64,000 bases of DNA from Patescibacteria group bacterium. GTDB taxonomy: Bacteria > Patescibacteriota > Microgenomatia > JAMCZE01. Position numbers and translations under genes: made by a program. The notes under the pieces are model-generated. The model searched no databases and was not told the DNA's origin. It saw nothing but the letters and a program-made list of their open reading frames with translations. The stretch lies in the NCBI GenBank assembly GCA_023380635.1, contig JAMCRP010000002.1, forward strand, positions 42,458 through 106,457, written 5' to 3'. Shown here one piece after another: positions 9,718-18,400 of the stretch (position 1 is the first letter of the stretch; each line of letters opens with the position of its first letter).

Positions 9718-10299
9718 ATGGAACGGACTGTAGTTCTTGTCAAACCTGATGGCGTCAAGCGTGGCCTCGTGGGGGAAATTGTGGGCCGCTTCGAGAAAGT
9801 CGGCCTCAAAATCGTGGCGATGAAAATGGTGTGGGTGGATGAGGAATTAGCTGGTAAACATTATCCCACCAGCCGGGCCGATTGGGTTAAAAAGGTCGGT
9901 GACAGGACTTTGGGTTCCTATAAAGAATACGGCCAGGACGCCAACGAGTTGTTGGGGACTATGGATCCGGTAGAAGTGGGGAAATTGGTTTGTAAGTGGT
10001 TGGTGGGATTTTTGACCGGCGGCCCGGTCGTGGCCATGGTTTTGGAAGGCCCGCACGCAGTGGAAATAGTTCGCAAAATGGTTGGACATACGTATCCGCT
10101 TAAAGCAAATCCTGGGACAATCCGCGGGGATTTAATGATCGACAGTCCGGCGGTTTCCAACACTAAAAAACGTGCCATCCAAAATCTGGTTCATGCATCC
10201 GGAAGCCCGGAAGAAGCGAAGTTTGAAATGGAACTGTGGTTCCATAAAAACGAGATTCACGACTACAAACGCGTTGATGAAGAATTAATGTTTGGCTAA
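9718..10299 (+). CDS. ndk: Nucleoside diphosphate kinase
   Basis: ERTVVLVKPDGVKRGLVGEI, PGTIRGD, NLVHASGS. Confidence 0.95.
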   Translation: MERTVVLVKPDGVKRGLVGEIVGRFEKVGLKIVAMKMVWVDEELAGKHYPTSRADWVKKVGDRTLGSYKEYGQDANELLGTMDPVEVGKLVCKWLVGFLTGGPVVAMVLEGPHAVEIVRKMVGHTYPLKANPGTIRGDLMIDSPAVSNTKKRAIQNLVHASGSPEEAKFEMELWFHKNEIHDYKRVDEELMFG

Positions 10300-10305
10300 C
10301 TTTTG

Positions 10306-10377
10306 TCGGGGTGCCGAGAATTGGACTCGGTGCCTCTCGGTCCCGAACCGAGCGTTCTACCGATGAACTACACCCCG
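10306..10377 (-). tRNA. tRNA-Pro(CGG)
   Basis: Cloverleaf CGGGGTG..CACCCCG-A; anticodon arm CTCGG-TTCGGGA-CCGAG; atypical T-loop TCCAATT; CCA not encoded. Confidence 0.9.
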
Positions 10378-10404
10378 TGAGGACTAATTTTAGCACAAAA
10401 CTTG

Positions 10405-10446
10405 CTTAAGAGTCTTAAGTGCCTTAAGATACTTAAGGAGCTTAGG
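10405..10446. repeat. 9-nt CTTAAGnnn repeat, left arm of four-helix-bundle locus
   Basis: 5 units; 10414-10428 is the exact reverse complement of 11093-11107. Confidence 0.9.
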
Positions 10447-10454
10447 TTCGATTT

Positions 10455-11027
10455 ATGGTCTCCAAACTGCCGCCACACAAGTATCTTCTTTCTTACCGTT
10501 ACACAGAATTGACTCATGACGGGACAGTGCAGTTCACGGCAAGGTTTTTAAGCGATATTATCCATCGGCGGACGCGCGAACAGATGGACCAGGCAGCCCG
10601 TTCCGGTAAACAAAATATTGTTGAGGGTTTTGGGCGCGACCTGACTTCGAAAAAAAGCGAGATTACCTTGCTTGATGTTGCCCGGATGTCACTTGAGGAG
10701 CTGACAACTGATTATGAAGATTTTCTAAGACAGAGAAACTTGGCCATTTGGCCAAAAAATGACCCGCGGATAATGAGATTTCGGGAGCTTGGTTTTCGTC
10801 TAAGCAACGAGATAAATTTGGATAAATCAGGCACTTTTAAAGAGAAACTGGCTTTACCTGCTGATTCTGAAGTAGCTGCTAATTTAATGCTAACCTTGTG
10901 CCACCAAGCTTCTTATTTGCTTTTTCGTCAGATCAAGGCGGTGGAAAACCGGCTGATTCAGGAAGGGGGTTATTCGGAAAACCTGTATCGCCGGCGCGAA
11001 GAATTTCGTAGAAATAACCTTAAGTGA
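10455..11027 (+). CDS. Four helix bundle (Avd/23S-IVS-like) protein with suffix domain
   Basis: RTREQMDQAARSGKQNIVEG, ARMSLEEL..DYEDFLRQR, AANLMLTL..QASYLL.RQI, EGGYSENLY. Confidence 0.85.
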   Translation: MVSKLPPHKYLLSYRYTELTHDGTVQFTARFLSDIIHRRTREQMDQAARSGKQNIVEGFGRDLTSKKSEITLLDVARMSLEELTTDYEDFLRQRNLAIWPKNDPRIMRFRELGFRLSNEINLDKSGTFKEKLALPADSEVAANLMLTLCHQASYLLFRQIKAVENRLIQEGGYSENLYRRREEFRRNNLK

Positions 11028-11083
11028 TAAAATGAGCGTAGCGAATTTTACTAACCGAACGAAAGTGAGGTGTTTAAAATTCA

Positions 11084-11107
11084 CTTAAGGAACTTAAGGC
11101 ACTTAAG
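11084..11107. repeat. 9-nt CTTAAGnnn repeat, right arm
   Basis: CTTAAGGAA CTTAAGGCA CTTAAG. Confidence 0.85.
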
Positions 11108-11115
11108 TTGGATTT

Positions 11116-11191
11116 GCCCCCATAGCTCAAATGGAAAGAGCAATCCCGTCCTAAGGGAAAGATCTCCGTTCAATTCGGAGTGGGGGTACCA
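11116..11191 (+). tRNA. tRNA-Arg(CCT), CCA encoded
   Basis: GCCCCCA..TGGGGGT-A-CCA acceptor; anticodon loop GTCCTAA; T-arm CTCCG-TTCAATT-CGGAG. Confidence 0.9.
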
Positions 11192-11869
11192 ATGAAAGCA
11201 GAAGTCTTCAAGGTTTTTGTCCTTCGCTGGATCGGAAATTTTCTGGTCCTCTCGGCAGTGGCGGCGGTGGTGCTCACTTTTGCTCCGGCGGTTCAGGCGG
11301 AAATTACTTACCGCGTCAACGTCGCCAGGAATGTTCATTATGTGGTGGCCGGAGATCTACCCCCGGCAAAGTTTGAAACGACCTCTACAAACCTTCTGGC
11401 AAAGTCAGAGACAATTTTAGAAATTAATCCGCTGTCAACAGAGTTTGGAATTGTGATTCCCAAAATCGGGGCCAATGCCAAGGTCATCCCGAATGTCGAT
11501 CCGGGAAACGAAACTGAATACTTGGCCGCCCTAAAAGAGGGTGTGGCCCACGCTGCCGGCACTGTCTTTCCTGGCCAGGTCGGCAACTCTTATCTTTTTG
11601 CCCATTCGGTCGGCAATTTCTGGGAAGTGTCCCGCTGGAACGCAGTGTTTTATTTATTAAAGGAACTGGAGCCGGGTGACGAAGTGGATTTGTTTTACAA
11701 AAATGTCCGTTATGTGTATGTTGTGTATGACAAAAAGGTGGTTGAGCCCGATGATACGCAATATCTTACGACCCAGGCTAACTTTCCGATGCTAACTCTT
11801 CAAACCTGCTGGCCGCCGGGGACAACTCTCAAAAGACTCCTGGTTTTTGGGAGACTGAAGAATATTTAA
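11192..11869 (+). CDS. Sortase
   Basis: N-terminal TM, GVAHAAGT..PG..GN.YLFAHS, LTLQTCWPPGT..KRL. Confidence 0.9.
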   Translation: MKAEVFKVFVLRWIGNFLVLSAVAAVVLTFAPAVQAEITYRVNVARNVHYVVAGDLPPAKFETTSTNLLAKSETILEINPLSTEFGIVIPKIGANAKVIPNVDPGNETEYLAALKEGVAHAAGTVFPGQVGNSYLFAHSVGNFWEVSRWNAVFYLLKELEPGDEVDLFYKNVRYVYVVYDKKVVEPDDTQYLTTQANFPMLTLQTCWPPGTTLKRLLVFGRLKNI

Positions 11870-11960
11870 GTTACGATAGTAACAATAGTTACGTTAGAGA
11901 AGAAGTTACGAAAGAAATTGTCTTAAAACTTATTGTCACTAATGTAACTGTTGTAACTTT
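11867..11960. repeat. 9-nt-period inverted repeat arms (AGTTAC/GTAACT) between convergent genes
   Basis: TAAGTTACG ATAGTAACA ATAGTTACG ... TGTCACTAA TGTAACTGT TGTAACTTT. Confidence 0.75.
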
Positions 11961-11970
11961 GAGTTTGCCT

Positions 11971-13185
11971 TTATCGCAGATTAACAGTATAAAGATTCTG
12001 CGCCTGGGAATCTGTAGAGCCTAAATTCGTGAGGATAACCACCTTGCTCCAATTGGGCCAGACAAAGACGCTGGCCGGGCTAAAAGTGCCGTTAAACAGA
12101 ACAGCTTTGTTGGTGCCGTCGTATTCCATAACCGAAATCTGATTATTGTCGACTTCTAAAAGATGACGGCTGGAAGGAAACCAGCTAATCGGAGGGATTC
12201 CGGCAGGAACGGGGATTAAATAATTTCTATCTTCTTTCAGATCATATACATATGTGTTTCCCGGCTGGAGATTGCGGGTTTCGGGCGTCGGATCTGTCCC
12301 GGGTAAGTAAGTTAGCAGGTAAGCGGGCAAGTGAGCGGAAGCAGTGGCGGTGTACAAAATTTTAGTTTCGTCGGGGCTGAATTCCAAGGTGGCGGCACTG
12401 GTGGCCAATGTTGCCCGCAAGTTTTCCGGGAGCTTGGCCAGTTGGGCGGCATAACGCGCGGCAGTCAGAGCTTTCCAGCTGTCAAACAGGCTGGTTAACT
12501 GATTACTGGTTTCAGGAGTGGGATTGTCGTTTAACCTATCCGTATCCAGCAAGTAGGCAGCTGACGGAGTGGCCAAACTGCCGTAATAAGCCAAAACCTG
12601 CTTGCTGTCTGCCGACCAGGCAAAATTGGCGTCAGAGAGCGAAAGAGCCGGGGAGTTTATGAAAACCTGGCGGAAATCACCGCCGCCGGGAATAGGGGCC
12701 GGCAGAGTGCGGCTGGTGTCCATGACCCAAACACCATTACCGTCTCCGCCGTTAAGCCGGGCTGAAGCCGAAGCCACGCCGTAAACGATTTTAGTTTGGT
12801 CCGGCGAGACGACCGGATTAAGACTTCCGGTAAAAGTCAGCGGGCGCAAATCAGCCAGAGCCGGAAAGAGAAAGGCGTTGGTTTTAAACACTTCTTCTTT
12901 TTTAATTTCGACCTGTTTTTCCCAGGGACTGAAGCCGTCTTTTTGGATGCGGACCAGGTATTTACCGGGAGCGAGATTAATGGTGTTATTGGTGGCGGTT
13001 TCCAGTTTCCCGTTGATTAGGACTTCCGCGCCGTCGGGATCGGAAGTGGCCACGAGAATTCCAGTGGGAAGCAGGGTGCGGTTGGCAAAATCCGGCCGGT
13101 ACCCGCGGGCCAGAGCCACGGCAACTGCCAACCCGGCTAAAATAAAGAAAAAGGCCGTCAGAACAGCCAGTGTCGCCTTATTCAT
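11971..13185 (-). CDS. PEGA domain membrane-anchored protein with beta-propeller-like region
   Basis: N-terminal TM, SDPDGAEVLING..LAPGKY.V.I.KDGF, SPD/WS.D repeats. Confidence 0.8.
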   Translation of the reverse strand: MNKATLAVLTAFFFILAGLAVAVALARGYRPDFANRTLLPTGILVATSDPDGAEVLINGKLETATNNTINLAPGKYLVRIQKDGFSPWEKQVEIKKEEVFKTNAFLFPALADLRPLTFTGSLNPVVSPDQTKIVYGVASASARLNGGDGNGVWVMDTSRTLPAPIPGGGDFRQVFINSPALSLSDANFAWSADSKQVLAYYGSLATPSAAYLLDTDRLNDNPTPETSNQLTSLFDSWKALTAARYAAQLAKLPENLRATLATSAATLEFSPDETKILYTATASAHLPAYLLTYLPGTDPTPETRNLQPGNTYVYDLKEDRNYLIPVPAGIPPISWFPSSRHLLEVDNNQISVMEYDGTNKAVLFNGTFSPASVFVWPNWSKVVILTNLGSTDSQAQNLYTVNLR

Positions 13186-13235
13186 GGTATCCTGATTTTA
13201 TCACAGTTGCTATAATGTTCCTAATCGACCCTCTC

Positions 13236-13342
13236 AATTTGAAATTTACAATTTACAATTTGAAATAAATATCAAATTTGAATTTTTTGAATTTGAAGAA
13301 TTGAAATTTCATTGAAAATTTCAAAGTTCAAATTTCAAATTT
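13236..13342. repeat. 7-nt TTTGAAA/TTTCAAA inverted arms with no gene between ('empty' copy)
   Basis: AATTTGA AATTTAC AATTTAC AATTTGA ... TTTCAAA GTTCAAA TTTCAAA TT. Confidence 0.85.
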
Positions 13343-13347
13343 TGTGT

Positions 13348-14481
13348 ATGTTTGGTAAGCGCCTTGGTATCGATCTCGGCACCGCTAACTCTCTGGTTTA
13401 TGTCGTGGACCAGGGAGTTGTGGTTAATGAGCCGACGGTGGTGGCCGTGGCCGTTGACGACGGCAAAGTGCTGGCGGTTGGCAACGAAGCCAAGCAGATG
13501 ATGGGCCGAACCCCAGGAAATATCCGGGCGTCCCGGCCGATGCGCGACGGCGTCATTGCCGATTATATTGTTACCGAGGCAATGCTGCGCTATTTTCTCG
13601 ATCGGGTCTGCGGTTCGACGCGCTTTTTTAAGCCGGAAGTCATGATTTGCGTTCCGGCGGGGGTTACCCAGGTGGAGCGGCGGGCGGTGCTCGACGCGAC
13701 TTTAAGCGCCGGGGCCAAGGTGGCTTATTTAATTGACGAACCGCTGGCAGCGGCCATCGGCGCCAAAATTCCTATTGCCAACCCGAACGGGAACATGATC
13801 GTCGATATTGGCGGGGGCAGCACGGAAGCGGCGGTAATTTCCCTGGGTGGGGTGGTGGTTCACAAAAGTGCTCGGGTGGCCGGAAACAAAATTGACGAGG
13901 CGATTGCCAACTTCATTAAAAAAAAATATAACCTCTTAATCGGGGACACGACAGCGGAGGATATCAAGATTCAGATCGGGACAGCTGTGCCGCTTGGGAA
14001 GTCTCAGTCATCAGTTCTCGGTGGTCGGTTTTCGGAATCTGGTTCGTCAGTTAACCAGTTTTCAGTCCACAAAACTGAAAACAGAAAGACTGAAAAACCG
14101 GAAACTGAAGACAGACAACTGAAAACCGATAGCCGGACCATGGAAGTCCGGGGCCGGGACGCCGCGAGCGGCCTTCCAAGGATCATTGAATTCACTTCTG
14201 ATGAGGTAGTTGAGGCCGTCACACCAATACTTTCGCAAATTGTCACTGCTGTGAAGGGAGTGCTAGAGGAAACGCCCCCGGAATTGGCTTCAGACATAAT
14301 CGATAGGGGAATCGTGCTCAGCGGAGGTACTTCACTCCTTCGAAATTTGGATAAACTGATGACCCATACTATTGGTGTTCCGGTTCATACAGCCGATGAC
14401 CCTCTGTTTTGTGTGGTTAAGGGGTGCGGCATCGCCATGGAGAACATCGATTTATACAAACGGAGCATTAGCAAGAGGTAA
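13348..14481 (+). CDS. mreB: Rod shape-determining protein MreB/Mbl with about 40-aa insertion
   Basis: GIDLGTAN, RPMRDGVIAD, EPLAAAIGA, VDIGGGST, GIVLSGG; ATG 13348. Confidence 0.96.
   Translation: MFGKRLGIDLGTANSLVYVVDQGVVVNEPTVVAVAVDDGKVLAVGNEAKQMMGRTPGNIRASRPMRDGVIADYIVTEAMLRYFLDRVCGSTRFFKPEVMICVPAGVTQVERRAVLDATLSAGAKVAYLIDEPLAAAIGAKIPIANPNGNMIVDIGGGSTEAAVISLGGVVVHKSARVAGNKIDEAIANFIKKKYNLLIGDTTAEDIKIQIGTAVPLGKSQSSVLGGRFSESGSSVNQFSVHKTENRKTEKPETEDRQLKTDSRTMEVRGRDAASGLPRIIEFTSDEVVEAVTPILSQIVTAVKGVLEETPPELASDIIDRGIVLSGGTSLLRNLDKLMTHTIGVPVHTADDPLFCVVKGCGIAMENIDLYKRSISKR
14004..14137 (+). repeat. In-frame 7/8-nt-period long hairpin in mreB
   Basis: TCAGTCA TCAGTTC TCGGTGG TCGGTTT ... GAAACTG AAGACAG ACAACTG AAAACCG ATAGCCG. 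Confidence 0.9.
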
Positions 14482-14560
14482 CCCATAAGAATCTTCAGTC
14501 GCATTAGAAATTCTAGTTCTATAAACGGCATATTCACGCACGACAAAATGTACTCATTTT

Positions 14561-14590
14561 TGAAAATTTCGAATTTCAAATTTCAAATTG
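14561..14590. repeat. Solo TTTCAAA arm downstream of mreB
   Basis: TGAAAATTTCGAATTTCAAATTTCAAATT, near-identical to 13313-13341. Confidence 0.7.
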
Positions 14591-15404
14591 CGACTGGCCG
14601 ATAGCCGCGTGGTGGGGGAATGCGGGAAAATTTACCGGAAACTAGATCAAAATGTAGCAAGGGCAAAATTGAAAAAAACGCTTTTTGACCAGAAACCGGT
14701 AATAATTCCCAAAAATCTTCTAAACCCTATAATCTTTTGAAAAATTAAACGCTCTTTTTTGGCTTTTGAAACACCCGGTGGCAGATCTTCCGGCCGGTTT
14801 TGTTTCCTGTCTTTGGCAAAAATCGGAAAACAAAATGAAACAGTGGCAGGGAAGTGTCACAAACATTTAAGAACTGGCGAGAGTCAAGGCCGGTAAAGTA
14901 ACCTTCAAAGACAAAATGTCGAAATCCCTACATTGCCGTCGGTAATGACGGCTTTTCGAAATTAATTTCTCTCTTGCCGAGCCGAAGTTTCGAACGACGG
15001 CCGGCGGGCCACGGTTTTAGACTTCCAATAATTTGGAACCAAGCTTTAAAGCAAGGGGAAGACCTTATAGGACTATCGGTCTATTGTACAGGCGAAATAG
15101 AATTGTCTGTTTGGTGGCTAAAAAACTGCCGGAAAAGGGTTCCAGGTTAAAAGCGGTGACCAAAAAACAACTGAGATAGCCTTAAGATACTCTGATGCAC
15201 TACCATATATTAATATGTGGTCTGTTGCTTTGTCATCCGGCTTAAGGAATTTTTAACTCCAAACTCCAAAAAGACCTGGAACATGATATTTGAAATTTCC
15301 GATTTCCAGGGAATATGGGAGTTCTTTAATTTTTCACGGCTTTTCAGGACCAAGGTTTTTTGCCCGGAAACCCGGGAAAATTTTTCACTGAAGTCAATTG
15401 CTTC

Positions 15405-15435
15405 TTGACAGTAATCATTATTGTATGACTATACT
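15405..15435 (+). promoter_or_regulatory. Promoter of giant gene 1 with 19-bp spacer
   Basis: TTGACA(15405)-19-TATACT(15430); CCCGG(G)AA direct repeats on both sides. Confidence 0.6.
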
Positions 15436-15497
15436 TAATTAGGTCCCCGGAAGTCCCGGGAAGTCATCGAAAAGCTTGGCCTGAGAAGCTAAAAGCC

Positions 15498-18400
15498 ATA
15501 AACGACGAAAAATTAATCTCTGTCTCAGAACTGATCGTTAAAGCCCGGTTAATGGGTTTTGATTTTGGTTTCGGCAAGCCGGAACATGTTCTTCAATATT
15601 TTGGCAAGCTCGGTCTAATTCCCAAAACTGTCCGGATGCGCGTCGAGGGGATTAAGGGCCACACTGTCGGCTGCTACCCGGTCAGCACTCTGGACACCTT
15701 ACTGAAAATTCAAAAACTACGCCGCGAAGGGCGGTCTATGGCCCAGGTTCGAACCGAGATCACCGGAGAGCCGAATCCGCCAACTTTTGATCAGGAACAG
15801 CTTCAGTTGCCAAGCACGGAACTTGTCAGACGAGCTCAAGCCGCCGGTTTTGATTTTGGTCCGGGTAAGCCGGTTCATGTTCTCCAGTATTACAGCAAGC
15901 TTGGTCTCTTACCTAAAACGGTCAGACTCCGTCTAAACGGTATCAAAGGACATACAGTAGGCTGCTATCCGGCGGAAGCAGTAGAGACCCTGCTAAAAAT
16001 CCAGAAACTGCGCCGGGAAGGAGTGGCGGTTAAGGATATCGCCCAAACGCTGGGCAACGAAGGGATTAAGCCGGCAGCCCGGCGGGAGGAAGCCGAAACT
16101 TTGGAAATTCTCCGGGTCGCGGCCCAAGCCCCGGTCCGCTATCAAGCCGAAACCGAAGCCGGCAGGCTGGCCGGATATTTCCAACCCCCACCGCCAGAGA
16201 GACAAGAAACAAGATACAAGATACAAGAAACAAAGAAAACACAAGATGCAAAAGAAACAAAAGAGAAGAGAAGCTGGAAAAGCTTTGCTTACACTCTTCC
16301 GGCAGTTTTAGCTACTATCCTTCTGCTGTTAACTACCGGCCTGAATATATATATTACTTCCTATCAGAAGAAAGTGGCTTCTGACCGGAATTTGCAGGCG
16401 GTCTTGGCCGAAAGCAGCAGCCAAAACTTTTTAGACATCCGGGCGGATACCGATGTTTCCGGAAGACTGACCGTGTGGGGGAAAGATGTCTTAACAGAAG
16501 CGACTTTAGCTTCTTCTTCCCCCTACCTTAGCAACTTAAACCAAAGCCTCAGCACGACGGCCACTCCTACTTTTGCCAACCTTACCTTAACCGCCGGCAA
16601 GATTGTCCTGGAAGACAAAACGCAAACTTTAAAAAACAAATCGCTTTCGGGATCGGATAACACTTTTTCTAATATTCCCAACTCCGCTTTGGCTAACTCC
16701 AAAGTCACCGTGACGGCCGGCACCAACCTGACCGGGGGCGGGGATGTCGTCTTAGGTGACAGCACCACGATTGGTTTGAAGGACAACATTGCCTTAACGA
16801 CAGCGACTTTTTCTGGTCTACTGGGAGTGGGCGGGGACGCTTCTCTTTCAGCCGGATTGTACTTTTCCCTTGCCAGCCCAGTCATTGCCACGACAGACAT
16901 GCAATCCTTAACCTTAGGTAACAGCAATACCGGCAATATCCAGTTCTTTAACGCCTCAAACTATATTAATTCCGCCGGCAATTTAACTTTAGCTAATTCT
17001 TTGACGGTTAACACCACCACCAACTACACCGGCCTGGTTTTGCCAAACGGGGCCGGAATTAATTATGTCTTAACCACCGATGCTTTAGGCCATTCTTCCT
17101 GGACCAACCCCAACGGCCCGGGGACTTCCTTTAGCGGCTGGACCCTAACCGGCAACACCATTTACCCCAACGAAACCGCTTACGATCTGCTTTTAGGCAG
17201 CAGTAATGTTGTGGATGATGTGGCCAAATTCACCAACCTGGGCAGCACCCTGTTTAAGCCTTCAAATATTGCCAACCTAGCTAGCGGGGGAGATATCGGC
17301 ACGGCCGCAACCACGGTGGACATTTACACCACTTTTAATTTAAACCAGACAACATCCGGGCAAACAATCACTTTGCCCAACCCCACTAACACTACGGCCG
17401 GCCGCTTAGTCTATTTAGCCAACACCGGAACCACGCCTTTTAATTTCTTAAACAGTACGGTTTTAACCGGAACGACCACTCAAGCCATATGGAACGGGAC
17501 GGCCTGGACACTGGCTGGCTCCATGGCTGGTCTTCCGGCCGGAACTGTTGATAATTCAACGATGTATTGGGATAACGCCACTTCCCGGTGGCTGGAAAAC
17601 TCGAAACTTCTTTCCAACCCCTTGGGCACCATGCCGGTGGCTTCCGTAGCCGGAACCACTTCTTTTGCCGGGCTGGTAGTCGACAACACCATTGGGGACC
17701 TGTTTACGGCCAGTTCTTCAGGGAAGTCCCGCTTTACGATCACTCAAAACGGGAATGTCGGCGTGGGGATGGTTACTCCGACCGCTTTGTGGCAGGTTTT
17801 TGGCAATTCGACTGTCCAGGTGGCCAGTGTCTCGGCTTCTACCGGGAACGCGGCTCTTCTGGTTGACAACACCATTGGCGACCTCTTTACCGCGTCTTCT
17901 TCCGGAATGTCCCGGTTTGTGATTACGCAAAGCGGCAATGTCGGCATCGGAACGACGAATCCGGGCAATTTATTAGAAGTTGACGCAAACAGTAGCAATT
18001 ATGGCATAACCGTCAATGCGAATAATAGCGCGTTATCTCAAGCTGGGCTGAGACTTATTGCCGGTAACGGAAGTACTTCCCGGGCTGCTCGTTTGGATTT
18101 TCTTAACGTTCCGGCAAGCACATCCGTGCCACGGTGGACTTTTATTAATGACTATGACCAAAACGGTACAAATGACTTTAGATTTGTGAATAGTGATGGT
18201 TCAACGTCGGTCTTAACTTTATTGCAGGGCGGCAACGTCGGCATCGGGACGACGGGACCGGCGGCAACTTTGCAAGTTAACGCACCATATACTACCGCAG
18301 CACCACTGACGTGGGGCGCAACCGCTGGTCAAATTTTCAGAAATGAAAATTCGGAACTGGCCGTGGGACTGCTCAACAGTTCTCCATACCCGCTGTATTT

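Noticed and set aside
9676-11107. CTTAAG arrays as CRISPR
   Set aside because: 6-bp core with 3-nt spacers, far too short; no cas genes
13312-13347. Extended N-termini in the ORF track (mreB TTG 13312; also argS 5914, sortase 11180, giant gene 21228, rplK 40195)
   Set aside because: These extensions run through a repeat arm, the upstream gene, a tRNA, a -35 box or untranslated leader; downstream starts fit the family N-termini
14600-15400. Replication origin
   Set aside because: No clustered DnaA boxes (TTATCCACA) seen and no dnaA/dnaN nearby
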